From the NCBI GenBank assembly GCA_950097015.1, contig CATNEN010000001.1, positions 24,862,001 through 24,926,000 on the forward strand: a stretch of DNA of 64,000 nt. The letters run 5' to 3'. Shown here piece after piece: positions 34,601 through 46,600 of the stretch. Within the stretch, counting starts at the first letter, position 1, and the number at the start of each line of letters is the position of its first letter. A program made the translations under genes and the position numbers. Source of the DNA: Macrostomum hystrix. Taxonomy: Eukaryota > Animalia > Platyhelminthes. Under the pieces are notes generated by a model, which was not told where the DNA came from, ran no database searches, and saw only the letters and a program-made list of their open reading frames with translations.

Positions 34601-37399
34601 TCTCTGGCACCCGTGAGGATCGGCACCAGAGCTGCAGGGGTGCCGTCTCCCATGATGTTGTACTGCAGGAGGCTGATGGCGCTCAGCTTCTCCTTCAGCA
34701 GCCGGCTCGCGTTGACCAGCGAGCGCAAACTCTCCAGCCGAGACAGCGAGTCCAATCCGAGCACGACGATGTTGTCCCGCTGACTGTCGCCCTCCGGCAC
34801 AGCGGCCAGCTGGAGCCGCTTGATGCCGTAGTAAACAGACGAGTGCTTCCTGCCATCTGGCAGCTGGCAGGTGGCCCGAAATGCCCGACTGGGAAGCTCG
34901 CTACCGCTGCTGATTGGCTGCGCGCTGCCGAGCCCGCTGGTCTTGTCATCCGGCCGCAGCACCGGCTGCGCAGAGCAGTTCGCGGCTGCGAATTCATTGC
35001 GCAGCCGCACCCGGCCCTGAGACACACGCAGCCAGTTGGCTTTGCCCCGCCTGCTGCAGAGGTCGGCGTCGATCAGCGCTGGCCTGTGGCGCTTGATAAA
35101 GTCGGTGTACAGCGGCAGGCTGGGCGATGAGCAGACTGCTGAGCTGGCGGACCAATCTGGCAGGCTGCGAGGTTGATGCACCGACTTAATTTCTTTATTT
35201 TTTGAGAAATTATTTTATTTTGCGACTGTTTCAGCATGCCCAAGAATTGTAAGCAGCTTGGTGCCATCAAGTTGTGTCTGTTGTTGACAATAAACTAAAC
35301 TCAATTGTATATTGTTACCCCTCCTTTGCGGGCAGAAATGGGAGGTTTTTAGTAGGCTTGTTAGTAGGCTTTTTACCATAGAGAGAAGATGAATGCATAG
35401 ACTACAAGCGGATGTGCGGGGGCGATAGCCCCCACATGTAACCATAGACTTTCATAAAAAGTTAAAGAGAAGCCCCATGGATGAGAAAGCAGCCCTTGAC
35501 CTTGACTAAAATTTAAGCAATCGATAGTCTTTCCATAGACTATAATCGTCTTTTTAGAATAGTTTTCTAGTGTTCCGCCCTCTCCTGCTGTCTATGGTCG
35601 AATTCAATTGATATGCACTGCGGGCGGGCCGTGTTCACGTGTGTTTGTGTGTAAGGCGTGTTTACGTGTGTTTGTGTGTAAGGCGTGTTTACGTGTGTGT
35701 GTGTGTAAGGCGTGTTCACGTGTGTGTGTGTGTAAGGCGTGTTCACGTGTGTGTGTGTGTAAGGCGTGTTCACGTCTGTGTGTGTGTGTAAGGCGTGTTC
35801 ACGTGTGTGTGTGTGTAAGGCGTGTTCACGTGTGTGTGTGTGTGTAAGGCGTGTTCACGTCTGTGTGTGTGTGTGTGTAAGGCGTGTTCACGTGTGTTTG
35901 TGTGTAAGGCGTGTTCACGTGTGTGTATGTGTGAGGCGTGTTCACGTGTGTGTGTGTGTGTAAGGCGTGTTCACGTGTGTTTGTGTGTAAGGCGTGTTCA
36001 CGTGTGTGTATGTGTAAGGCGTGTTCACGTGTGTGAGTGTGTGTAAGGCGTGTTCACGGCGCGCCCGCTCCAAAGCTACCTGCTTTACAATGCACTATTG
36101 TTTCACGATTTCTGTCTGGAAAAAATCGGGCAGATAATTACATTATCCGCCCGCAATTTGCGGGCAGTTAATGACGTTTGCACCATAGAGTAGACTTCGA
36201 CACATATTTATTGAAAGCGGGCTTTAATGTAGTCTATGATATTATCGGGCAGGATTAAGTGCCCGCCGGGCAAAAAGGTCATGGTACAATAAACAACAGC
36301 AGCGGGCGGGCTGCCGTTAGTTTGAACCTCGTTTCAACACGCGTAGGCTGGCTAGAATGAAAGATAAACGAAGGATTGCTTCGGCCACAGAAAGAAAACT
36401 TGCGCTCTCAATTCCGGATAATTTTTGTCTCAACACTAAATATTCCTTTTTGCATCCAAATAGACACTGCGGGCACTCAATTTAACACCAAGTGGCAGAA
36501 CGCATGCGCTGCAGTCGCTGCTGCCTCATGTCTGTGGCCAAAAGTGTGGTGAAGGAGCAGCCAATTTAACACTCATATATGCAGCATCAACTGATAGCAT
36601 ATCACATACCTTGACATAACGGCTTGGTAGTCTTCAAAGCTTATCAATCCTTCTGGCAGAAACGCATTTAAATTTCTAGGGCGGGCCCCGTTCTGGCTAA
36701 AATTCAGAGCAGCGGATTGGTGAGTTGGCTTTTGTTAGACTACACTATTGTGAACAGCTAACAGGTGAGCCAGTGTAACAGGTGATCCCCCAGTGTAACA
36801 GGTGATCCCCCAGTGTAACAGGTGATGCCACAGTGTAACAGGTAATGCCCAAATGGAACAGGTGATCCCCTAGTGTAACAGTTGAACCCCCAGTGTAACA
36901 GGTGATCCACCAGTGTAACAGGTGATGCCACAGTGTAACAGGTGATGCCACAGTGTAACAGGTGATGCCCCAGTGTAACAGGTGATGCCCCAGTGTAACA
37001 GGTGATCCCCCAGTTTAACAGGTGATGCCACAGCGTAACAGGTGATGCCCCAGTGTAACAGGTGATGCCCCAGTGTAACAGGTGATCCCCCAGTTTAACA
37101 GGTGGTGCCACAGCGTAACAAGTGATGCCCCAGTGTAACAGGTAATGCCCAAAGAAATGGAACAGGTGGTGCCCCAGTGTACCTTGCTGGATCAGTACGA
37201 TAAAATTATTTATTTAGCAGACTCTAACTCACCGTTGACTCTCCGCAGTCTGGGACAGTTGCGCGTCTTTTTCCCCAATCTCCCAGTAGTTGTTGTTGAT
37301 TCTAGTCGGCCAGAAGCTCACGGCAGCCATCAGGGACAGACAAAGGCTGCACAGGAGAACATTGCGGAATGTAACTCGCCTATTAACCACAGAAAACAT
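31620..37399 (-). CDS. DUF229 family (alkaline phosphatase/sulfatase superfamily) type II membrane protein A; exons 37233-37399, 34470-35164, 33558-34342, 31620-31919
   Basis: N-terminal TM; GLDSLSR, YNIMGDGT, GTFQLRFLGF...ADFYLRP, LMSDHG, RSCSDAGIPTHWCSC, PNGGLYEAT and RINKYG...LRKFCFC motifs; phases consistent. Alternative ATG at 37441. Confidence 0.85.
33064..33300. repeat. Foldback element: ~60-bp-arm inverted repeat plus a second hairpin, in DUF229-A intron 3
   Basis: 33064-33124 is nearly the exact reverse complement of 33155-33214; second stem GTTAATGGCG...CGCCATTAAC; CCAACCGGTAAAAG repeated at 33289. Confidence 0.75.
35630..36058. repeat. Compound (GT)n-AAGGCGTGTTCAC minisatellite inside a probable MITE (CATAGACTACA 35396 / TGTAGTCTATG 36238)
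   Basis: Tandem units visible; an 11-bp inverted pair flanks the region. Confidence 0.8.
36760..37180. repeat. 20-bp minisatellite (CAGTGTAACAGGTGATGCCC) in DUF229-A intron 1
   Basis: About 20 tandem copies. Confidence 0.95.
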
Positions 37400-39384
37400 G
37401 CCAGTGCCAGTCGAAAGTTGATCAGTAAGGTTGTGAACCATTAGAACAAAAATATAAATATTCGCTATAGGGTGTGCAGTCTTAACACAGAAAAATGCCA
37501 ATTAAAAAATGGTTTACTTTATAGAAAAATAATAGTTAATGAAGGCACGCTTATGTTAAGATAGATTTTCTTTCTCTTATTTTAGTTTTGTTTTTGTCTA
37601 TATTGGCTTGACTGTCGCAAGTAAAAAGACAAGTTATAAAAGACCACTATTTAGCTGATCCGCAGCACATGCATTAGTATACTATGTACTTCTGAGAATG
37701 AACATAACAGACACCAGCATGGGGCTCTCGTGCAGCCTGACCGTACGTCGTACGTCATACTTCGGGATTGGCTAAGCTCTGTTTCGTTCGCCAATTCTGG
37801 AATTCTGAACCAGAATCTCTGTGAATTCTTGTGCAACACAACTCGTACCCTCGTACATCAGTTCAATCTATGAAATTATTTATTTGGTCCCGCTGTAAGT
37901 GCGCATTTGCATGCTGTATGTACAGAATCGCCATCAGTCCGATTTGGAGTGTGGAGTGCAGGAAAAACTTTAAATATTGTCTGGACGGGGGTCGAATGCG
38001 GGCCAGGGGCAGTTTCAGCTAAGATTGAAAACTGCTGGCTGGCTTCAACAGTCGAAAGACCATGCAGAGGGGGGGCATTTTAAATACCCACATTTTCTTT
38101 CTACTGTATCTCCCAAAATATTCGACTTATCGCCATGAAAATGCAGAACACGGGCTAAAATTGTCTCAAAACATCGGCATCGTTAAGATATTCAACGATT
38201 CTTGTCGGACTGTTTGGTGGCAAAAACCACCCATACGAGCGTATAGGCATAATTTTTCTGCTCACTAAATGTTGTCACTTAACCATGCCGACTATAATTT
38301 TCGAATATTTTGTATTGATTATATTGTTTTATAATTTATACTTTTTTGAATCGATATGGATTCAACAAAGAGGTTTATGTAGAACAATGTCATTTGTCCT
38401 TGTCACCTGGGTCTCAGCGACACGAATCGCTGATGAATATTTCGACGATGCTGGCTCGTTCGGCTTTGAAAGTTAGTTCATCGTAAAGGGCGGATAGTTT
38501 TAATTCAGATGGGGGACTTAAAAAACTCGGTCATTTGGTTTGGGAGCTTAGGCAGTGGGCATTTGAAATACCATATCATCGCTATCATCGCTAGAATAAC
38601 ACTATCAGCTATGATTCAAATATTGCCTCCTAGTTTTGGATCTAATAACGATTGCAGCAAAATGCTCGAAACACTTTTCTATACTTTTAAAAATAAAACG
38701 CTTAAAGCTACAAATGCTCGAACAGTCTTCATTTAGTTTTGGATCAAATAACGCTTCAAAGCAATGCTCGAAAAAAAGTTGAAATAAAAAAATAAGAACA
38801 CTTTTAGCTATGCTCAGCATATTTTCGGTAGTTCTGAATCTCATAACGCTTGCAGCTATGCCGGAAGTTTTTTCTTTAGTTTGCAATATTAAACTAATGC
38901 TAGCTGCTAAGTACGCTCGAACAGACTTGATTTAGTATCCAACCATATAATGCTTGCAAGAATGCTTGAAAAACGTTTAAATTCAAAATGAACAACGTAA
39001 ATAGCTTTGCTAAAAAGTATTTTCTTATATTTCTGAATCTAACAACGAATTGGCAGCTATATGCTCGAATAACTCATTCCTCAGTTTTGTATCGAATAAC
39101 GCTTGTTGCCGCACGCACTCGAAAGAAATTATTAGAGCGAGAAGAGCGAGAAGAGTAATAAAGCTAACAAACATTTGCTACGACACTAGCTAATAAAAAG
39201 CGCTTACTATTAACAGTTAGTTGCACCCAAAAACTGAGAAATAATACGAGCGTATTAAAAACTATTAATAATAATGATACTGTTAACTTTTGTTGACAGT
39301 AGATTACAAAAATAAGCAGTAGCTGAACTGATACTGATATTTGACCTGGTGTAGTGTCAGCTTGTTTGCCCTTCTATCTCCCGG

Positions 39385-39884
39385 TGTTATTATTCAATAC
39401 TTATTTTTAGACACGTGTTTTTTTGCTAAAAGTCACCCACGCCAAGCCGGGCCGGACCAGCCGGGGGAACGGACGCGCACCACCCCGCGAGTGCTACCCC
39501 TGAGTCTACTGTGATTTTTCGCCTTGACTCAAGCTACAGCCAGGCATCCACCTCGCCGATGGACCTAATTTGGGGTTAACATGACTATAAAAGGAAGCGT
39601 GTTTTTGCAGTGACTTTTTATCGTTCTCCGCAATTCGTCTCACACTGTGAGAAGCACATGCAAGCAAGTCCACTTTGTTTTGACTCGCCCCGCCCGACCA
39701 CGTTCTGCTTGTTCAGTTAGGTAGCTTTCGGCGCTACGCGTCTTGAGAGTGCACCGCTGACAAGGGTGGTCTCGATAGGCGCTTGTTGTCGAAGTCAGTA
39801 CGTGCTCTCTTCAGAGACTCCGCCGTCAGGCAGAAGGAGTGCCAACCGATAGGATCTGTCGGGGCAGCGCTGAAAGCAGAGACA
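39385..39884. mobile_element. Possible solo LTR
   Basis: TGTT...GACA termini, TATAAAAG at about 39586, flanks CCCGG / ACCGG (imperfect TSD). Weak support. Confidence 0.25.
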
Positions 39885-39910
39885 ACCGGAGCCTCTCGGG
39901 AAGAGTAGGG

Positions 39911-40832
39911 CTGTAGCCTTGTGGGAGGTTGTGCCTTGTGGAGGTTGTAGCCTTGTGGGAGGTTGTGCCTTGTGGGAGGTTGTAGCTTTATGGGAGGTTG
40001 TGCCTTGTGGAGGCTGTAGCCTTGTGGGAGGTTGTAGCCTTGTGGAGGTTGTAGCCTTGTGGGAGGTTGTGCCTTGTGGAGGCTGTAGCCTTGTGGGAGG
40101 TTGTAGCCTTGTGGAGGTTGTAGCCTTGTGGGAGGTTGTGCCTTGTGGAGGTTGTAGCCTTGTGGGAGGTTGTAGCCTTGTGGAGGTTGTAGCCTTGTGG
40201 AGGTTGTAGTCTTGTGGAGGTTGTAGTCTTGTGGAGGTTATAGCCTTGTGGAGGCTGTAGCCTTGTGGAGGTTGTAGCCTTGTGGAGGTTGTAGCCTTGT
40301 GGAGGTTGTAGCCTTGTGGAGGTTGTAGCCTTGTGGAGGTTGTAGCCTTGTGGAGGTTGTAGCCTTGTGGAGGTTATAGCCTTGTGGGAGGTTGTAGCCT
40401 TGTAGGAGGTTATAGCCTTGTGGAGGTTGTAGCCTTGTGGAGGCTGTAGCCTTGTGGAGGTTGTAGTCTTGTGGAGGTTGTAGTCTTGTGGAGGTTGTAG
40501 CCTTGTGGGAGGTTGTAGCCTTGTAGGAGGTTATAGCCTTGTGGAGGTTGTAGCCTTGTGGAGGTTGTAGCCTTGTGGAGGTTGTAGCCTTGTGGGAGGT
40601 TGTAGCCTTGTAGGAGGTTATAGCCTTGTGGAGGCTGTAGCCTTGTGGAGGTTGTAGCCTTGTGGAGGCTGTAGCCTTGTGGAGGTTGTAGCCTTGTGGA
40701 GGTTGTAGCCTTGTGGAGGTTGTAGCCTTGTGGAGGCTGTAGCCTTGTGGAGGTTGTAGCCTTGTGGAGGCTGTAGCCTTGTGGATGTTGTAGCCTTGTG
40801 GAGGCTGTAGCCTTGTGGAGGTTGTAGCCTTG
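39911..40832. repeat. 17-18-bp minisatellite (GGAGGTTGTAGCCTTGT), about 50 copies, derived from the adjacent SINE 5' end
   Basis: The array runs directly into the SINE head at 40817. Confidence 0.95.
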
Positions 40833-41085
40833 TGTTTAGAGCGTCGGACCCACGACTTGAAGGTCGGGGGTTCGATTCCCGACTCCACTGGAACAATTGG
40901 TATCCTTTAGCAAGAAACTTAACCCTTCATTGCTTCAGTTCACCCAGCTGTTAAATGGGTACCAGCATTAGCTGGGATAACTGAAGGTGTGCGTGTGGCA
41001 TCCCCCCAGTCTATGGACTGAACAGCTGAACGCAGCTTTCCGATGCGCCGCGCAATATCTGCGGCTGTGCTGTCGACTGCACGGC
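40817..41085 (+). mobile_element. tRNA-derived SINE (family A)
   Basis: TAGCCTTGTGTTTAGAGCG A-box region, GGTTCGATTCCC B-box, CORE-like domain and CCCCAGTC.ATGGACTGAA tail. Confidence 0.8.
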
Positions 41086-41107
41086 TGGCCGAATGGAGCA
41101 GGTGTAA

Positions 41108-41430
41108 TCAGTTATTAGTTCTTATAAATTCTTTCGAGTATGTGTGAAGTCGTGGGCATGTTAAAGAATGAAGCGAGCGCATTGAGCAGATTGCAGGGCA
41201 GTGAAACTCGAACCCTAGCCGTTCACCCCTAGCTATATATATTGCGCCAGACCGGCATGATTCAGCAAATTCACGACAATCATAATTGAGGGGTGCACGA
41301 CAGTTGACTGGCGCAATTAGACTGGCGCAATTAGACTTTTGTCAATTTGACCATGGGGACAATTTGACTGTCGAGCAATTTGACTGCTGACAAAATGACT
41401 GGCCACAATTTGTCTGCTGCAACTTGACTG
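41108..41430. repeat. Dispersed repeat, second copy at about 44720-44965
   Basis: TCAGTTATTAGTTCTTAT...GTATGTGTGAAGTCGTGGGCATG...CAATTTGACT shared in direct orientation. Confidence 0.75.
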
Positions 41431-41476
41431 TGGACTGAATTAGTAGCTTCACAAATGTTGTCTTTCCCGCATTGGT

Positions 41477-41871
41477 GACACTAGTGACTAGAGAGATGAG
41501 ACACTAGTGACTAGAGAGATGAGACACTAGTGACTAGAGAGATGAGACACTAGTGACTAGAGAGATGAGACACTAGTGACTAGAGAGATGAGACACTAGT
41601 GACTAGAGAGATGAGACACTAGTGACTAGAGAGATGAGACACTAGTGACTAGAGAGATGAGATACTAGTGACTAGAGAGATGAGACACTAGTGACTAGAG
41701 AGATGAGACAGTAGTGACTAGAGAGATGAGAGACTAGTGACTAGAGAGATGAGACACTAGTGACTAGAGAGATGAGAGACTAGTGACTAGAGAGATGAGA
41801 CACTAGTGACTAGAGAGATGAGACACTAGTGACTAGAGAGATGAGACAGTAGTGACTAGAGAGATGAGACA
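41477..41871. repeat. 23-bp minisatellite (GACACTAGTGACTAGAGAGATGA), about 17 copies
   Basis: Near-perfect tandem copies. Confidence 0.95.
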
Positions 41872-41991
41872 CGGGATAGTAGACTTTTGGGAGGAAAATA
41901 AGAGAGAGATACGATACTGCTGACCAATGAGAGCAGGGTTGACTAAACATGTGCAAGTGTGACTACTTGTACACGCATACGAGGCATATCC

Positions 41992-43463
41992 TGTTTTTCA
42001 GTCAAAAACAAGAGAACCGGAAAGAAACAAAAATAGCAACCTTTTTTCTAGCACTAGGTCAGGCCTCCGTAAAGCCTATAGTCAACGCTGCGATCGCACG
42101 CAGTCAATCTTTAATTGAAACAAACAAAAACAAAGTTCACTTTGCCAAAAAACACAACTCCTGCAACTTTATTGAACGTCCAGCAGCGATTGATATAATA
42201 TTAAAAAATGGGGTGGCTGACGCGCGCGGAAAGAACGTACAGTAAGGGCCGACACAACCTAGGCATCCATGTACCTAGGCCGAGAAAAAAAATAATGATA
42301 ATTTTGCAGAACAACGCAGCACAAAAAAAGAATAACCATCCGAACATACCTCCCTTCCTGATAGAGCACTATCAGCAAAAAGGCGAAAACCAAATCCCAA
42401 GCAACAAAACAAAAAAGCAAATATGATAAACTTGATAAACTCAAAACCGAGAAAACAATTAGGAATGCGGATTACAGGCTCATGAAACTATTAACCGCCG
42501 ATTCCGCAACTAATGACAACCAAAACCAAAAGGAATAATGAAACACTGTAAAATCACAAAGGCAAAATTTGCATTACTTAATAGCTGAAAGCATTTTAAA
42601 GAAACCATAACCGACAGAAATGTTTGCGCAAAAAATGGTTGACGAGCGGAATCCTTGAAAACAAAAGACATTATTTGTGCAAATATGTGACATAAACGAT
42701 TTAAAGCGAAAACTAGTCCTAATACCGACAATAGCCTCAGCAGGAAAACCATGCAAAGACTATACAAAAGGCAACGGCTAAACCATTAACAACAGCATCA
42801 GAAACTCAACAGAAACTCAACAGAAATAATCGAAAACACAATATTAATTAACAGTTTGTACTTTCACAAGACAGTCACTTTCTGAGCAATCACTGACCAT
42901 CACGCTGAAGGAGACACAATCTAGTCACTGGCCGCAGCACAGCCCCGCCGCTCGTTCGAAGCTTCGCAACTCGCACGCGGCCGTCCTTCGCACGTGGTCG
43001 ACCAGGGAAAACTTCGAGCACCCGTCCGAGCGGCCATTGTCCTCGCGGAGCGTTCGGTGTCAGCACCAGGATGATGTCTCCAATGGCAATGGTCGGGCTG
43101 CTCGTTGAACCACTTGGACCTCGCGTTGAGCCTGGGGACCCATTCGCGCAACCAGCAGTGCCAGAAGTGCCGCACAAGTTCCTGAACACGTCGCCACCGT
43201 CGTCGTAGATCTCGGTTGCTTTCGTTCTCGGCTTCCAGAGCAAAGTCGCCGCCCAGCTGGCCATGCAGAAAATGGTTGGGTGTCAACGGAGTGTCGTCCT
43301 TCGGGTTTGAGGTCTGGTACGTCAATGGCCTTGCATTGATTAGGGCCTCAGCACCAGTGAAGGCGGAGTGCAACTCCTCGTCCGTGATGTCAGCGTTGCC
43401 GAGAATCGCGTGCACGGCTCGCTTGGCAGCGCGGATCATGACTTCATGATCCCCACCAAATGT
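41992..43463 (-). mobile_element. BEL/Pao LTR retrotransposon 3' remnant (integrase C-terminus, PPT, 3' LTR 41992-42346)
   Basis: FGG.HE.MIRAAKRA...EALINARPLT...LTPNHFL...[18 protein letters not shown], frameshift, GDIILV...[10 protein letters not shown]...DGRVRVA...RPVTRLCLL; PPT AGGAAGGGAGGTA followed by TGTT...AACA with an internal AATAAA. Confidence 0.85.
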
Positions 43464-43663
43464 GCAAGTATCTCTGAGTTTGCAGTTGGTTACAGTACAC
43501 ACACTGCTCAGTTAGCAGAGACAGTTCGTATCAGATTGGCTCGTTAGCCAGTTAATCTCGGACCAATGAGCAGTGCTTGTGCTAGCTGCAAACCCAATCC
43601 ACCTATTTTATTTTTAATATGCCATGCCTGCACCGCTATGCTCAGTTTGACACTTGTGCTGCC

Positions 43664-46600
43664 ATGATGATGGAGCCGCCACAGAACAGCAAACTGCTGC
43701 TTGCCCCGTTGCTGTGCTTGGCTGGTCGAAAACAACTCGCCGCTAGGACCATTGTCTGCTACTGCCTGCTGCTGTTATTTGCTGCTGCCGCTGTGCTGCA
43801 AGCCTTCACAAGGAGCCGCTCCATTGTAATGCAGGACTACCTGTCAGGGAAGTCAGGGAATACTATTCAACTATTTAATAGCGAAGACGTCAACCAGACT
43901 GACTTTCTTGAAATTCAACGAAGGTAGGCCACTAGCAATCAGTGTCTTGTCTGTCAGTCTGTATTGTCTTGTCAGTCAGCCTGTTCTGTTTTGGCTTGTC
44001 TGTCAGTCGGTTATATCTTTACAGTCAGTCTGTTATATCTTTACAGTCAGTCTGTTATGCCTTTACAGTCAGTCTGTTATGTCTTGTCAGTCAGTCTGTT
44101 ATGTCTTGTCAGTCAGTCTGTTATGTCTTTACAGTCAGTCTGTTATGTCTTGTCTGTCAGTCTGTTATGTCAGTCATTCTGCCTGTTATGTCAGTCAGTC
44201 TGCCTGTTATGTCTTGTCTGTCAGTCTGTTATGTCTTTACAGTCAGTCGGTTATGTCTTGTCAGTCAGTCTGTTATGTCTTTACAGTCAGTCTGTTATGT
44301 CTTGTCTGTCAGTCTGTTATGTCAGTCAGTCTGCCTGTTATGTCAGTCAGTCTGCCTGTTATGTCTTGTCTGTCAGTCTGTTATGTCTGTCAGTCTGCCT
44401 GTTATGTCTTGTCAGGCATTCTGTAATGTCTTGTCAGTCAGTCTGTTATGTCAGTCAGTCTGCCTGTTATGTCAGTCAGTCTGCCTGTTATGTCTTGTCT
44501 GTCAGTCTGTTATGTCAGTCAGTCTGCCTGTTATGTCTTGTCAGGCATTCTGTAATGTCTTGTCAGTCAGTCTGTTATGTCTTTACAGTCAGTCTGTTAT
44601 GTCTTGTCTGTCAGTCTGTTATGTCAGTCAGTCTGCCTGTTATGTCTTGTCAGGCATTCTGCTATGTCTTGTCAGGCATTCTGTTATGTCTTGTCTGTCT
44701 GTTATTAATCGATGTCTGTATCAGTTATTAGTTCTTATTAATTCTTTCGAGTATGTGTGAAGTCGTGGGCATGTTAAAGAATGAAGCGAGCGCATTGAGC
44801 AGATCGCAGGGCAGTGAAACTCGAACCCTGGCCGTTCACCTCTAGCTATATATATTGTGCGAGACCGGCACGATTCAGCAAATTCACGACAATCATAATT
44901 GAGGGCATGACAATTGACTGGCACAATTCGACTGGCACAATTTGACTTTTGTCAATTTGACTTGTGCCTGAATAAACTTGTAAACAACACCCAGCTGGCT
45001 CCTTTTCAATGGCTGCATATAAGCCGAGGCAAAAATTAAAAGGGGCACAAAGCTGACGCAATCCAGCATTCTAGAAGGATGTCAGTTATGTCTTTTCAGT
45101 GAGTCAGCTGTGAGTTTTTTATCAGTATGTTGTGTCAAATCATCATTTTTCGGCCTCCTTGAAGTCGAGAATTGCTTCTTGATGCTGAACGACAGCTTTG
45201 AAAGGAGATCCAATGCTGAACAAAGACAGTCAGGTCCCTAAATTACAAGCGCACTGCCTCCGCAGCATGCCAACTGCTCAGCTCAGCTCAGCCGTCTGCT
45301 CTTCGCCCAGCCTGCCGCTGTACACAGACTTTATCAAGCGCCACAGGCCAGCGCTGATCGACGCCGACCTCTGCAGCAGGCGGGGCAAAGCCAACTGGCT
45401 GCGTGTGTCTCAGGGCCGGGTGCGGCTGCGCAATGAATTCGCAGCCGCGAACTGCTCTGCGCAGCCGGTGCTGCGGCCGGATGACAAGACCAGCGGGCTC
45501 GGCAGCGCGCAGCCAATCAGCAGCGGTAGCGAGCTTCCCAGTCGGGCATTTCGGGCCACCTGCCAGCTGCCAGATGGCAGGAAGCACTCGTCTGTTTACT
45601 ACGGCATCAAGCGGCTCCAGCTGGCCGCTGTGCCGGAGGGCGCCAGTCAGCGGGACAACATCGTCGTGCTCGGATTGGACTCGCTGTCTCGGCTGGAGAG
45701 TTTGCGCTCGCTGGTCAACGCGAGCCGGCTGCTGAAGGAGAAGCTGAGCGCCATCAGCCTCCTGCAGTACAACATCATGGGAGACGGCACCCCTGCAGCT
45801 CTGGTGCCGATCCTCACGGGTGCCAGAGAGGAGGAGATGCCGGAGGCTCGACGGGGCTTCAAGGACGCCAGGCAACTCGACGAGAGTATGCGCTTCATCT
45901 TCCACAAGCTTCGCGACCTGGGCTACCTGACTCTGTACGGAGAGGAGGGCAACAGCTTCGGTGAGTTCCATGCAGCCGACATTGAGTCTTGACACCGTGG
46001 GAGTGTTGCTGGTTGAGCCACGTTGATGATGTAATATGTGATGTAATATTTGAGGCGAAAGTGCAGGTCAGCTCATTCTCATTGCAGGGACCTTCCAGCT
46101 TCGGTTCCTGGGCTTCAAGAACGAGCCCGCCGACTTCTACCTGAGACCGGCGCTCTTACAGCAGGAGGCCATGCAGACTGAGAGGATCTGCATCGGGGAT
46201 GAGGTCGCGGCTGGTCGAATGCTCAACACAGTCAAGGACATGTTCACCTTGTACCCCGACAGACCAAAGTTCTCATTCACATTCTTCTCCACGTTGTCTC
46301 ATGAGAGCTTGGACCTCACTCCCATGGACTCGGAGATCAGCAAGTTCCTGGACTGGTTCGTGGCTGAGAAGCTCATCAGCAACACCACTCTCATCCTGAT
46401 GTCGGACCACGGACAGAGACTCGGACCGCTGAGGAACTCCATGCAGGGAAAGCTAGAGGAGTCGCTACCTCTGATGACATTCGCGCTGAGCCGTCAGCTG
46501 ACTGCTCGGCTCACGGCCGCTCGACAGACCCTCGCGACCAATCAGAACCGGCTGACCGCTCCCACAGACATTCACCAGACTCTGCTGAGCATCGCCGGAG

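Noticed and set aside
34435-35130. Long antisense ORFs over DUF229, HIRA, hAT and DIRS coding regions
   Set aside because: Shadow ORFs of GC-rich coding sequence; duplication at 45288-45995 only reflects the shared tract.
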